A DNA stretch of 33,237 bases from Eledone cirrhosa. Taxonomy: Eukaryota. Under the pieces are notes generated by a model, which saw only the letters and a list, made by a program, of their open reading frames with translations, was not told where the DNA came from and searched no databases. Made by a program: the position numbers and the translations under genes. This document shows positions 1 to 14,500 of this stretch, piece by piece. Position 1 is the stretch's first letter; each line of letters opens with the position of its first letter. Location: contig CAXHJY010000009.1 of the NCBI GenBank assembly GCA_964016885.1, positions 1-33,237 of the forward strand. Reading direction: 5' to 3'.

Positions 1-494
1 TATATACGGATTAACAAATAATAGTTAAATGCAGTCCACTTAGGTGAAGTCCAGTTATGGTATTCCAGGTAGTGGATGATATTAACGCTTGGCTTGGTTT
101 GACTCAACAAGGCGTTTTCATAGTGATGCTGCGGGTATGCTGTAATTCCTATGTTGTAAACACTTGGAGTAATAATAAATCAGGAAAGAAGGTTTACATG
201 GTTTGCTATACAAAAAAGTTTTTAATCACATAGCTTACATTTGTTTCACTGAACTGGTATGTCTAGAGATCGCTATCCGCCTAATACTCCATATTTTCTT
301 TTATTTTCTTGCCTGTGTATTTTCTTCATTCTCGCATGCTCCGAAGATCTGACTGGTTATAATTCTGTATTGGCGATCGAGTGACGCAAAATTAGGCGGA
401 TAGCGATCTCTAGACATACCAGTTCAGTGAAACAAATGTAAGCTATGTGATTAAAAACTTTTTGTATAGCAAACCATGTAAACCTTCTTTCCTG

Positions 495-500
<6 letters not shown>
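1..500. mobile_element. HHR-bearing fold-back retroelement fragment (Penelope-like pseudo-LTR)
   Basis: Inverted arms of ~110 bp (175-285 vs 391-500). The right arm ends in (TA)n; the left arm continues with an extra tail (1-174). Confidence 0.6.
331..450 (+). ncRNA. Type I hammerhead ribozyme
   Basis: Stem I TCGCATGCT/AGCTATGTGA; core CCGAAGA (341-347); stem II base CTGACTGGT/ACCAGTTCAG with a long insertion; GAAAC-AAAT-GTA (429-440). Confidence 0.7.
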
Positions 501-554
<54 letters not shown>

Positions 555-653
555 GTATATATATATATGTATATATATAAATATATACATATATATATGT
601 ATATATATATACATATAAATATATGTATATATATATACATATATATATATATG

Positions 654-704
<51 letters not shown>

Positions 705-710
705 ATATAT
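499..710. repeat. (TA)n microsatellite
   Basis: Direct reading. Confidence 0.95.
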
Positions 711-771
711 AAGTAAAGCGGTTAAACCAGTGTTCTAAACAGTTTATAACACTGGTTTAACCGCTTTACTT
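711..771. repeat. 24-bp-arm hairpin abutting an HHR element
   Basis: AAGTAAAGCGGTTAAACCAGTGTT / AACACTGGTTTAACCGCTTTACTT. Confidence 0.9.
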
Positions 772-968
772 CCCTCCGAAGAAGAGATATTATCTCGAAA
801 ATTAAGGACATTTAAATAAATCTAAGGTAAAAGACTAATTGTCAACAATATCTTTTGCATTTGCATTCTTTATTCTATGTCCATACCTGCATTGGTTTGG
901 CTTTATTATACATATACAAACGTTTATACCTCATTACACAATGCTTCAAGTGAACTATAACCTCCTCC
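770..968 (+). mobile_element. ~200-bp HHR element, copy 1 (copy 2 at 18851-19049)
   Basis: Near-identical to 18851-19049; both end AACCTCCTCC followed by (TA)n. Confidence 0.75.
772..808 (+). ncRNA. Minimal type I hammerhead ribozyme
   Basis: CCT-CCGAAGA-A-GAGAT(ATT)ATCTC-GAAA-AT-TA-AGG; stem III is reduced to a palindromic AATT. Confidence 0.65.
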
Positions 969-1016
969 ATATATATATATCAAAATGAAAATTAGAAGGC
1001 ACCGTAAAATTTCCAA

Positions 1017-1105
1017 TCATTTTAATCACAACACATGTTTCAATAATGGATAGATCGATCGTGAAGCCATGATCGATTATCACTTATCTCATCAGGTGAA
1101 AATGA
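1017..1105 (-). ncRNA. Type I hammerhead ribozyme
   Basis: Minus strand: TCATTTTCAC-CTGATGA-GATAA...ATCGATC..GATCGAT...TTATT-GAAAC-ATGT-GTT-GTGATTAAAATGA. Confidence 0.75.
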
Positions 1106-1225
1106 ATTGTCTTCAAATTCTCGATATGAGGGAGAAAATTAGCAAAGTTCAGTCACAGAGTTTATTCCCTCAAAATGTATTGGACCCTATTGCACAACCA
1201 ATAATACACCTTACTATATAAAAAC

Positions 1226-1560
<335 letters not shown>

Positions 1561-1650
1561 ATGTAGGAGGTGAGTTTTATTGTAGTACAATAAAGCAATG
1601 CAGATATCGGATAAGAAGCACTCTACAGTTTGTGGGACTGGAGTATGCAT
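1561..1650. mobile_element. Terminal fragment shared with the HHR elements at 18285-18500 and 19268-19459
   Basis: 1561-1613 is the reverse complement of ~18449-18501. Confidence 0.7.
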
Positions 1651-1667
1651 AATATAATATAGATATT

Positions 1668-1732
1668 ATATATATATATATGTATATATATATACATATA
1701 TATATATATAATATATTATATATATATATATG

Positions 1733-1763
<31 letters not shown>

Positions 1764-1772
1764 TATATATAC

Positions 1773-1822
<50 letters not shown>

Positions 1823-1848
1823 TATATATACATATATATATATATATG

Positions 1849-1879
<31 letters not shown>

Positions 1880-1905
1880 TATATATACATATATATATAT
1901 ATATG

Positions 1906-1966
<61 letters not shown>

Positions 1967-2038
1967 GTATATACATATATATATATATATGTATATACAT
2001 ATATATGTATATACATATATATATATATATGTATATAC

Positions 2039-2123
<85 letters not shown>

Positions 2124-2160
2124 CATATATATATACATATATATATACATATATATATAC

Positions 2161-2259
<99 letters not shown>

Positions 2260-2274
2260 CATATATATATATAC

Positions 2275-2319
<45 letters not shown>

Positions 2320-2356
2320 CATATATATATACATATATATATACATATATATATAC

Positions 2357-2423
<67 letters not shown>

Positions 2424-2584
2424 CATATATATACATATACATATATATACATATATATATATACATATATATACATATATATATATATATACATATATAT
2501 ACATATATATATATACATATATATATATACATATATAAATATATATGCATATATATACATATATATATATATACATATATATAC

Positions 2585-2639
<55 letters not shown>

Positions 2640-2672
2640 CACATATATATATATATACATACATATATATAC

Positions 2673-2705
<33 letters not shown>

Positions 2706-2844
2706 CATACATATATATATATACATACATATATATACATATATATATATATATACACATATATATACATATATATATACACATATATATGCACATATAT
2801 ATACATACACACATATATATGCACATATATATACATATATATAT

Positions 2845-2925
<81 letters not shown>

Positions 2926-2956
2926 CATATATATATATATACATATATATATATAC

Positions 2957-3033
<77 letters not shown>

Positions 3034-3048
3034 CATATATATATATAC

Positions 3049-3086
<38 letters not shown>

Positions 3087-3089
3087 TTA

Positions 3090-3152
<63 letters not shown>

Positions 3153-3215
3153 GTATATGTATATATATATATATGTATATATATATGTATATGTATATAT
3201 ATATATATGTATATA

Positions 3216-3265
<50 letters not shown>

Positions 3266-3290
3266 TACATATACATATATACATATACAT

Positions 3291-3324
<34 letters not shown>

Positions 3325-3338
3325 ATATATACATATAC

Positions 3339-3404
<66 letters not shown>

Positions 3405-3460
3405 TTATCTATATATCTATCTATCTATATCTCTCTCTCTCTCTATATATATATATAAAT
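1668..3460. repeat. Long imperfect (TA)n/(TACA) microsatellite
   Basis: About 1.8 kb of TA with CA/TG interruptions. Confidence 0.95.
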
Positions 3461-4002
3461 AGATATAACCTGTATATAGGAACATACTATATAACCTCTA
3501 TACAGCTCTACAGTTCACAGATATGTGTGTGTGTATATGTATGGGTCTGTATGTGTGTGTGTGTATGTGTGCGTGTGTGTGCTACAATACGTATAGGTGT
3601 ATGACTGTTTATATGTATGTGTGTGTGTCATTTTTCTATAACACAACTAGAAAAAGTATATATATGTAAGTATGTATATATGTGTGTGTATATGTATGTA
3701 AATATATATATGTAAGTATATATATGTTTGTATATATAGGTAAGTATATATACGTATGTATATTTATATATATTTATGTTAGTATATATATGTTAATATA
3801 TATATGTAAGTATACGTACGTAAGTATATATATATATTAGTATATATATGCTACTATATATATGTAAGTATATATAAATAATATATATATCAACATTCAT
3901 ATTCATGTATACAAATGTGTGTGTGCATTAAAAGCTATATAATCGAACAATTTTATAGACACAACATACATACATATACACACATATATGGGCTTGTATG
4001 AG

Positions 4003-4047
<45 letters not shown>

Positions 4048-4591
4048 CACAAAAGATAATATTTAGAAGTATTTAACTCCCAAATGTCATTTCCAGTCTT
4101 ATAACGTCGTTCTTATAGTCTCTATTCCTTTATTTCCTCATTTTCATTCAATTTCTTTCTTCATTTTCATTCAATTTCTTCCCCTTTCACATCTCAGAAA
4201 CTTTTCTCACTTCGGTCATCTAAAAACTTCTTATATTCTCATTCTGTTGATTCCTGTAAACGCTAGTTCGTTTGTTCGTTGATTCGATCAAACTCTTATT
4301 CGCTTATTCGTTCATTCGCACCTTCGTTTGTCATCTTTTTATCGATAGTTTTATCCTGTGTAATGAATACACCTTACATTAGATCCCATCCTCCTCTTTC
4401 TCTCTATGATTCTTCACAAGCTGCTTGCTAGAAACAGCAACTAAATATCCCTCTAAATGTATTTTATCGTATATATATATCTATAGGCGTGTGTGTTTGT
4501 GTGTGTGTGTGTGTGTGAGTGAGTGTATATATATAAGTATGTGTGAGTGGATAAAAGTTATATATATATATATATATATATATAGTGAGAG

Positions 4592-4661
<70 letters not shown>

Positions 4662-4960
4662 TATATATATGTATATATATGTGTATACATATATGTATAT
4701 ATATATTAATTAATTTTTTTACAGATAGACAGTATGATGACGGCTTGGTCACCGTTTGGTTGCGCATGTGGTTGATCTATGTTAGCCTAGGGCTAAAAAA
4801 AAAAGTACAAGGCGAAAATATGGCACCCCCCCACTCCGATTCCCCCTTCCTGCGACCTCACTCAAATAACATAGATATGCATAAGCTAAAGTGGTAATTA
4901 GAATATGTAAATTAATTAATTGAATAAATAAATATATAAGCTTGTATAGACACACACACA

Positions 4961-5010
<50 letters not shown>

Positions 5011-5153
5011 TATGTGTATATGAACATATATATATATAACTTTTATATGCATAAAACGTTTATTCATAAAATATATATATAAAGTGACAATAATAACATA
5101 TATATACAAACTTCTTTCTTAGTTCTATTCGTATATATATATATATATTCATA

Positions 5154-5195
<42 letters not shown>

Positions 5196-5307
5196 TAAAA
5201 GGAATTCCAACTTTGTCTGATTTACTCGTTTTATTTACAATCCTTTAAAATGTATAATGGTATTATAATGAAATAGTATGGTAGAATATTAAATGTTAAG
5301 TGTTAAT

Positions 5308-5346
5308 TGAACAAGTACTTTCATGCTTTCGCAATCTTCAGGTTCA
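5308..5346 (-). ncRNA. Minimal type I hammerhead ribozyme
   Basis: TGAAC-CTGAAGA-T-TGC(GAAA)GCA-T-GAAA-GTAC-TT-GTTCA. Confidence 0.75.
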
Positions 5347-5419
5347 TATTCTGTGGTGACAGTCAAGTTTGCAATTTTCAACTGTTGAACATTGCAAACT
5401 TGACTGTCACCACACATTA

Positions 5420-5458
5420 TGAACCTGCAGATTGCGAAAGCATGAAAGTACTTGTTCA
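5420..5458 (+). ncRNA. Mirror copy of the hammerhead with a core mutation
   Basis: Same motif, but the core reads CTGCAGA, so it is probably inactive. Confidence 0.55.
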
Positions 5459-5989
5459 ATTAACACTTAACATTTAATATTCTACCATACTATTTCATTC
5501 TAATACCATTATACATTTTAAAGGATTGTAAATAAAACGAGTAAATCAGATAAAGTTGGAATCCCTTTTATTAATATAATCTTCTATACACAATCATACA
5601 CACCCGTATATATTTATCTATCTATCTATCTATATATTTATAATGCCTTTATGGTAAATAAAGAAATCTATCTATCTATATATTTATATATATATACACA
5701 CATTTACACTATTTTCATATTACATATGTATATATAAAGTTCGTGGATATGTACAAAGGATTACAAATTTGAATTGATATATATATATATATATAGGGGG
5801 GTGGGGGTGTACGAGTATTTCTACATACACACACATATAAAATGTATATACATAAATGCTTATACATACATAGCAACACAGACACATACAAACATACATA
5901 AATACATATATACATACATACAGAGAGAATAAAACAACAACACACAACGACACACAAACACCAACCACTACAACTATATATACAACTAC

Positions 5990-6775
5990 AACAACTACGA
6001 CAACTATAACAAGTACAACAACAACAAATAGGACAACTATAACATCAACAACAAATACAATTTGAACAAAATATCCGCCACCCTATTCAGACTAAAACTA
6101 AATTAAAAAAAAATTTATCTCAGTTTTTCTTACATGTTAAAAGTTGTTGGTTTATCCTACTTGATTTTTTTTTATTCCAACACTACCGAAACAAGTACAA
6201 CAACAACAACTGCAACAACAACTACAACAACTATAACAACAACAACAGCAACAAATACAATAGTAACAAAATGTCCGCCACCCTTTTCAAACTAAAATTA
6301 AATAAAAAATTTCTCTCAGTTTTTCTTTTTTGTTACACAGTTGTTCGTTCTCGTTGACTTTTTAAAAATTCCAACACTACCGAAACAAATACAACAACAA
6401 CAACAACTACTACAATAACTATAACAACAATAACATCAACAAATACAATTTGAACAACATGTCCGCCACCCTATTCAAACTAAAATTAAATAAAAGATTT
6501 CTCTCTGTCTTTCTTACTTGTTAACAGTTGTTCGTTCGTCCTCCTTGGTTTGTTTTTTAATTCAACACTACCAAAACAAATACAACAACGACAACAACTG
6601 CAACAACAACTATAAAAACAACCACAACTACTACTACAATAGTAACAAAATGTCCGCCATTCTATTCAAACTAAAACTAAATACAAAAAAAAAATTTCTC
6701 TCAGTTTTTCTTACTTGTTCACAGTTGTTGGTTCGTCTTCCTGGGTTCTTTTATTCCAACACTATCAAACAACAC
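5990..6775. repeat. Four-copy ~190-200-bp tandem repeat with ACA-rich segments
   Basis: Anchor TCCGCCA at 6074, 6274, 6462 and 6653. Confidence 0.85.
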
Positions 6776-6784
6776 GCTGCTTAT

Positions 6785-6885
6785 AACCAATTTATACTGC
6801 TGTGACGTCATCAAACCTAAGAGTTTGTCGAACAGTTGTAAAAACCCACGCTTTTCTTCTCGTTTCACCGAGACCGCCCCGTTAG
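6785..6885. promoter_or_regulatory. Candidate cis-regulatory cluster (CCAAT, CRE, GC box)
   Basis: CCAAT 6787-6791, TGACGTCA 6803-6810 and CCGCCC 6874-6879 in a rare non-repetitive stretch; motif evidence only. Confidence 0.25.
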
Positions 6886-6949
6886 TTTTCCTTGTCTATT
6901 GCAAACATATCTATCCTCACATTTGCTACACCTGTTCGTTACAGCTTAA

Positions 6950-7659
6950 CTTTCTCTCTATCTCTCTCTTTCTCTCTCAGTCTCTCTCTTTTTTTCCTTC
7001 TCTTTCTACCTTTCTCTCACTGTCATTTTCTATCACACACTCTATCTCTCTCTTTCTCTCTAAGTCTCTCTCACTCTCTCTTTTTCCTTCTCTTTCTATC
7101 TTTCTCTCACTGTCACTTTCTATCACACACTCTCTCTCTCTCTCTTTTCTCTCTATCTCTCTCACTCTCTCTTTTTCCTTCTCTTTCTATCTTTCTCTCA
7201 CACACACACTCTCTCTCTTTTCTCTTTCTCCCTATCTCTCTTCTTCTCTCTCTCTCTCTCTTTTCTTCTTTCTATCTCCCTCTTTCTATCTTTCTCTCAC
7301 TGTCTCTTTCTCTCTTTTCTCTTTCTCCCTATCTCTCTTCTTCTCTCTCTTTCTATCTTTCTCTCACTGTCTCTTTCTCTCACTCTCTTTTGTTCTCTTT
7401 ATCAATATATCTCTTTTTCTCTTTTCTCTTTTTTCTCTCTTTTTCTATCTAACTCCCACTCTCTCTTTTTCTCACACACACACACACACTCTCTCTCTCT
7501 TTTATCTTTCTCCCTATCTCTCTCCTCCCACTCTCGCTTTATTTCTCTTTTCTATCTTCATCTCACTCTCCACACTCTTTTCTCTCTCTTTATCACTCTC
7601 TCTCTTTTTTCTCTTTCTCTCTTTTCCTCTTCTATCACACACATATACACTCTCTCTTT

Positions 7660-7695
<36 letters not shown>

Positions 7696-7720
7696 CTCTC
7701 TCTCTCTCTCTCTCTTCCTC
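6950..7720. repeat. Compound (CT)n/(CA)n pyrimidine tract
   Basis: Direct reading. Confidence 0.9.
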
Positions 7721-7819
7721 TGCGTCCCACTCTTTCATCCCCCGTCTCCCACCCCACACACTACAACCACCACCGCTACTTTTAATATATCTCCTAACAA
7801 CTATCAACTGATAAAACAA

Positions 7820-8415
7820 AGCAACAAAAACAACAACAACAACAACAACACCACCAACAACAATAACAACAGCAACAACAATAACAACAACAACAACAAC
7901 AACAACAATAACAACAACTACAACAATAACAACAGCTACACCAACAACAATAGCAACAACTACAACAATAATAACAACTACAACAATAATAACAGCTACA
8001 ACAATAACAACAGCTACACCAACAACAGCTACACCAACAACAATAACAACAACTACAACAATAACAACAACTACAACAATAATAACAGCTACAACAATAA
8101 CAACAGCTACACCAACAACAATAACAACAGCTACACCAACAACAATAACAACAACTACAACAATAACAACAACTACAACAATAATAACAGCTACAACAAT
8201 AACAACAGCTACAACAACAACAATAACAACAACTACAACAATAACAACAACTACAACAATAATAACAGCTACAACAATAACAACAGCTACACCAACAACA
8301 ATAACAACAACTACAACAATAACAACAACTACAACAATAATAACAGCTACAACAATAACAACAGCTACAACAACAACAATAACAACAACTACAACAACAA
8401 CAACAACGACGACAA
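7820..8415. repeat. (ACA/ATA/GCT)n compound trinucleotide repeat
   Basis: Direct reading. Confidence 0.9.
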
Positions 8416-8479
8416 TCAAATTTATGATTATAATTACTTTCTTCAAAATTACTTTACATTACTATTGATACTATAAGAA

Positions 8480-8496
8480 TACACACACACACACAC

Positions 8497-8534
<38 letters not shown>

Positions 8535-8546
8535 GCGCACACACAC

Positions 8547-8591
<45 letters not shown>

Positions 8592-8712
8592 CACACACAC
8601 ACGCACACACACACGCACACACACACACACACACGCACACACGCACACACACACACACACGCACACACACACACACACGCACACACACACGCACACACAC
8701 ACACACACACGC

Positions 8713-8796
<84 letters not shown>
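8480..8796. repeat. (CA)n with CG interruptions, then (TA)n
   Basis: Direct reading. Confidence 0.95.
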
Positions 8797-8797
<1 letters not shown>

Positions 8798-8798
<1 letters not shown>

Positions 8799-9010
8799 AA
8801 AGATTCGGGACCCCGACGGTTGAGCTCTGGCCGTTTCGACAGCTGAATCCGAACAGTTCAGATGTAGCTGTCGAAACGGCCGGAGCACAGCCATCAGGGT
8901 CCTGAATCTTTTCCTATTACCCACTCTACTACACCAAGTATTGAGTACTCTGGTGGGTTATGGTTCACCTCGTATCTTATCTCACAATCAGAAAGAAATA
9001 AAAAAAGGAA
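8798..9010 (+). mobile_element. Hairpin-plus-tail element, family 'GGACCCCGACGGC', copy 1
   Basis: Hairpin 8798-8912 holds an HHR 3' half (GAAACGGC...GCC(A/G)TC-(A/G)GGGTCC), then tail TATTACCCACTCTACTA...GTATTGAGTAC; homologous to 9619-9755 and 19677-19879. Confidence 0.7.
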
Positions 9011-9081
9011 AAAATATATTTTTCTTCCTAATAATCGTCTTTTTCTCCTTGTTTATATCTATCTCTCTCTATATATATATA

Positions 9082-9458
9082 TATAAAGAAAAAGGGATGA
9101 AATCGAAAATGCAACTGAAGTCTTATTTTTTTAAAAAATATATATATTTATTTGGTTCCTTTACCGGTTTCGCAGTTCTTCTGCTTTTCAAAAGGTGAGT
9201 TGAGATGGAGGGTCTGTGGTTTTTCTCACATCTGAGATGTGAGATGTGAGAAAAACCGCAGACCCTCCATCTCAACTCACCTTTTGAAAAGCAGAAGAAC
9301 TGCGAAACCGGTAAAGGAACCAAATAAATATATATATTTTTAAAAAAAATAAGACTTCAGTTGCATTTTCGATTTCATCCCTTTTTCTTTATACTTCCAC
9401 TAGTGTAGGACACCTCGGTTATTTTTCATTTTGTAAAAAAAAAAAAAAAAAACCTCAC

Positions 9459-9463
<5 letters not shown>
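9082..9463 (+). mobile_element. ~310-bp palindrome with an HHR 3' half and ~70-bp tail
   Basis: Near-perfect arms 9082-9393; GC-GAAAC-CG-GTA at 9302-9313; a single-arm homologue lies at 20372-20516. Confidence 0.7.
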
Positions 9464-9509
<46 letters not shown>

Positions 9510-9545
9510 CATATATATATATATATCTATATATATATCTATCTA

Positions 9546-9589
<44 letters not shown>

Positions 9590-9618
9590 CGTGTGTGTGT
9601 ATTGTATATATATATATA

Positions 9619-9755
9619 TAGGAACGAGTAGGACCCCGACGGCTCAGCTCAAGCCGTCGGGGTCCTACTTGTTCCTATTACCCACTCTACTACCCTAAGT
9701 ATTGAGTACTTTGGTTCGTTATGGTCCATCTGGTTGCTTACCACATTTCCTTCGT
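9619..9755 (+). mobile_element. Hairpin-plus-tail element, family 'GGACCCCGACGGC', copy 2
   Basis: Hairpin 9619-9677 with the same tail as 8913-8965; flanked by (TA)n. Confidence 0.7.
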
Positions 9756-9821
9756 TATATATATATATATATATAGTGAAAGATAACAAGGACGATTGCT
9801 TACTCATTCATTGCATTTATT

Positions 9822-9912
9822 GGTTGGTGACGCGCGTTTCGCCACTGATCAGCTCAAGGTTCGATCTGTATCGATCTTACCCGACTCTATAATTTGCGGC
9901 TCGTCGGACCCC
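9822..9912 (-). ncRNA. Type I hammerhead ribozyme
   Basis: GGT-CCGACGA-GCCGC...GTGGC-GAAAC-GCGC-GTC-ACC. Confidence 0.75.
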
Positions 9913-9979
9913 TTGTAATGCTATATATATAATGAAATGACAGGAGGCTGGATTTGTGTAAATCCTTGAAAGGTTTATT

Positions 9980-10037
9980 ATACTATGATCATTTCAATGA
10001 CCGGGTTCCGTATGAATCCGATGATATCATCAGGTAT
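9980..10037 (-). ncRNA. Type I hammerhead ribozyme
   Basis: ATAC-CTGATGA-TATCATCGG...CCGGTCATT-GAAAT-GATC-ATA-GTAT. Confidence 0.7.
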
Positions 10038-10095
10038 TCGAAATATAATATGTGAATGTAATAGATAAAATCCATGGGGCTGAAAATCGAGGACC

Positions 10096-10142
<47 letters not shown>

Positions 10143-10366
10143 TAAATTTCTTTAATTCGTTTGGAAGCCTCGACAATGCAGATGGGTAAATCTCCGGCTA
10201 ACAAGATCCGGTGGTGGAGAGAGAGAGATATAAGTGGGTGTACGTTGAGATGCGTGGCGTTATACACGCCACAGACTGTAACGTGTAGAGGAATGAAGGA
10301 ATGAGCGTAAAGGATAAAGATAAAAATAACAACACGAGAAAGAGTTACCTTGGGAGAGATTTAATT

Positions 10367-10405
10367 GTCCCTATATATTTCGGATTCACATCCATCAACT
10401 GGGGG
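10367..10405 (-). ncRNA. Degenerate minimal hammerhead
   Basis: CCC-CAGTTGA (two core mismatches)-T-GGAT(GTGA)ATCC-GAAA-TATA-TA-GGG. Confidence 0.45.
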
Positions 10406-10516
10406 TTTTTTCCGGGGGTGGAGGGGAAGGTTGTCTGTCGGAAAGGTGCGAAACGTGTCCTCCGCTGTTCGTTGTTTTGAATATATATATATATATATAT
10501 ACATATTCATATACAC

Positions 10517-10586
<70 letters not shown>

Positions 10587-10648
10587 TCGGTAAATTACGT
10601 TTTTTTTATTTCTCTCCAAAAATACTCTCTCACCTCTTTGCTTTATTT

Positions 10649-10705
10649 AATTTCCGATGAAAGACTAACGTCCGAAACATTCCCTTTTCTAACTACGTAC
10701 AAGTT
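10649..10705 (+). ncRNA. Type I hammerhead ribozyme (slightly decayed)
   Basis: AATTT-CCGATGA-AA-GAC(TAAC)GTC-C-GAAACAT...ACGTA-CAAGTT. Confidence 0.55.
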
Positions 10706-10829
10706 TTATACTAATATGCCATTCTTGTAATGTGTTCTTTGCTGGACCTCCGTTGGTTGCGATGAGGAATTGACCATTTTCTATGGACCAGCTTATTTAT
10801 ATATTAACCTTCATGCGATTGAGCATCTT

Positions 10830-11043
10830 ACAGACATGTAATTCTCAGGGCTATTCTTACAGACATAACGTAAACCTCAGGGAGATTCATTGTGACATGG
10901 TGTGTGACGAAGCTAACCTTTTGAATTCCAGGTACGACTCCTCTTTATCTACATGTGTAGACTGGAACAATGTGAGATGAAGTGACTTGCTCAAGGACAC
11001 AATCCGCCATCAATTTTAGGAGCCGAACTCCCTAACCACTAAC
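10830..11043 (-). mobile_element. tRNA-derived CORE-like SINE, degraded
   Basis: Minus strand: A-box-like TAGTGGTTAGG, then the CORE-like GTGTCCTTGAGCAAGTCACTTCATCTC; the B-box region appears deleted. Confidence 0.65.
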
Positions 11044-11048
11044 CCCCC

Positions 11049-11087
<39 letters not shown>

Positions 11088-11296
11088 GAAATCTTATATA
11101 CACATAAATATACACACACACATATACAAACAGATCTATACACAAAAACATGTGTGTAGGAAACCAATAACACACATAACCCCCCCCCCCCCACAAACAC
11201 ACACATATATATAAAAGGTAAACAGAAATAACAACACAATCAGTACAGTATACGGAAGGTATATATTAGGTTAACCTCTTGATATAGCATGAGGAG

Positions 11297-11326
11297 GGTC
11301 TTAACGTTTCGGACGCTAGTCCTTCA
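11297..11326 (-). ncRNA. Truncated hammerhead
   Basis: ..TGA-A-GGAC(TAGC)GTCC-GAAACGTTAAGACC; the 5' core and stem I are lost. Stem II is related to that of the 10654 motif. Confidence 0.45.
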
Positions 11327-11424
11327 TATGTATATATTATATACACATATACATACGTGTGTATAGGTGCATGAATACGTGTATGTATATGTGTGTGTAT
11401 TGATGTATAGAGGAGTCTTTGTGT

Positions 11425-11460
11425 GAAGGCTGGTGGCTTCGTGGTTAGGGTATCGAACAC
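11425..11460 (+). mobile_element. SINE 5' head fragment
   Basis: GAAGGCTGGTGGCTTCGTGGTTAGGGTATCG resembles the head at 11020-11043 (-). Confidence 0.4.
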
Positions 11461-11514
11461 ATCAACTTTACGTCGTCTCTCGAACAGCTTCACTACAAAG
11501 TCCCGCCTTCATAT

Positions 11515-14500
11515 TCACCAATATATACACTTTATACATACATTAGTACTTACACAGACATATACACCAATATATACACTTTATACATACATTAGTACTT
11601 ACACAGACATATACACCAATATATACACTTTATACATACATTAGTACTTACACAGACATATACACCAACATACAAACTTTATACATACATTAGTACACAG
11701 ACACATATACACCAACATACACACTTTATACATACATTAGTACACACACAGACATATACACCAACATACACACTTTATACATACATTAGTACACACACAC
11801 ATATACACCAACATACACACTTTATACATACATTAGTACACACACACACACATACACCAACATACACACTTTATACATACATTAGTACACACACACACAT
11901 ATACACCAACATACACACTATATACATACATTAGTACACACACACACATATACACCAACATACACACTTTATACATACATTAGTACACACACAGACACAT
12001 ACACCAACATACACACTTTATACATACATTAGTACACACACACATATACACCAACATACACACTTTATACATACATTAGTACACACACACATATACACCA
12101 ACATACACACTTTATACATACATTAGTACACACACACACATATACACCAACATACACACTTTATACATACATTAGTACACACACACACATATACACCAAC
12201 ATACACACTTTATACATACATTAGTACACACACACATACACATATACACCAACATACACACTTTATACATACATTAGTACACACACAGATATATACATCA
12301 ACATACACACTTTATACATACATTAGTACACACACACATATACACCAACATACACACTTTATACATACATTAGTACACACACAGACATATACACCAACAT
12401 ACACACTTTATACATACATTAGTACACACACACATATACACCAACATACACACTTTATACATACATTAGTACACACACACACATATACACCAACATACAA
12501 ACTTTATACATACATTAGTACACACACACACATATACACCAACATACACACTTTATACATACATTAGTACACACACATACACCAACATACACACTTTATA
12601 CATACATTAGTACACACACACACACATACACCAACATACACACTTTATACATACATTAGTACACACACACATATACACCAACATACACACTTTATACATA
12701 CATTAGTACACACACACACACATACACCAACATACACACTTTATACATACATTAGTACACACACACATATACACCAACATACACACTTTATACATACATT
12801 AGTACACACACACATACACCAACATACACACTTTATACATACATTAGTACACTCACACACATATACACCAACATACACACTTTATACATACATTAGTACA
12901 CACACACACATATACACCAACATACACACTTTATACATACATTAGTACGTACACACACATATACACCAACATACACACTTTATACATACATTAGTACTTA
13001 CACAGACATATACACCAACATACACACTTTATACATACATTAGTACACACACACATATACACCAACATACACACTTTATACATACATTAGTACACACACA
13101 CATATACACCAACATACACACTTTATACATACATTAGTACACACACACACACATATACACCAACATACACACTTTATACATACATTAGTACACACACACA
13201 CACATATACACCAACATACACACTTTATACATACATTAGTACACACACACACACATATACACCAACATACACACTTTATACATACATTAGTACACACACA
13301 CACACATACACCAACATACACACTTTATACATACATTAGTACACACACACACACATACACCAACATACACACTTTATACATACATTAGTACACACACACA
13401 CACATATATACACCAACATACACACTTTATACATACATTAGTACACACACACACACATACGCCAACATACACACTTTATACATACATTAGTACACACACA
13501 CACACATACACCAACATACATACTTTATACATACATTAGTACACACACACACATATACACCAACATACACACTTTATACATACATTAGTACACACACACA
13601 CATATACACCAACATACACACTTTATACATACATTAGTACACACACACATATACACCAACATACACACTTTATACATACATTAGTACACACACACACACA
13701 TACACCAACATACACACTTTATACATACATTAGTACACACACACACATATACACCAACATACACACTTTATACATACATTAGTACACACACACACATATA
13801 CACCAACATACACACTTTATACATACATTAGTACGTACACACACATATACACCAACATACACACTTTATACATACATTAGTACACACACACACATATACA
13901 CCAACATACACACTTTATACATACATTAGTACACACACACACACACACATACACCAACATACACACTTTATACATACATTAGTACACACACACACACACA
14001 CATATACACCAACATACACACTTTATACATACATTAGTACACACACACACACATATACACCAACATACACACTTTATACATACATTAGTACACACACACA
14101 CACATATACACCAACATACACACTTTATACATACATTAGTACACACACACACATATACACCAACATACACACTTTATACATACATTAGTACACACACACA
14201 CACACACATACACCAACATACACACTTTATACATACATTAGTACACACACACACACACACATATACACCAACATACACACTTTATACATACATTAGTACA
14301 CACACACACACATATACACCAACATACACACTTTATACATACATTAGTACACACACACACATATACACCAACATACACACTTTATACATACATTAGTACT
14401 TACACAGACATATACACCAACATACACACTTTATACATACATTAGTACACACACACATACACCAACATACACACTTTATACATACATTAGTACACACACA

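Larger units (their letters stand above)
5188..5576. mobile_element. ~390-bp near-perfect palindrome carrying mirror-image HHRs (Penelope-like fold-back)
   Basis: Arms of ~190 bp with the apex near 5383; the left end abuts (TA)n. Confidence 0.75.

Noticed and set aside
1680-3604. Long YI-repeat ORFs up to 624 aa
   Set aside because: They are translations of (TA)n and are open in many frames.
4720-4900. Box C-like ATGATGA and NRF1-like GCGCATGTG
   Set aside because: No box D or terminal stem; these are isolated short motifs.
6825-8446. Hydrophobic 'membrane protein' ORFs
   Set aside because: They are translations of the (CT)n and (TGT)n repeats.
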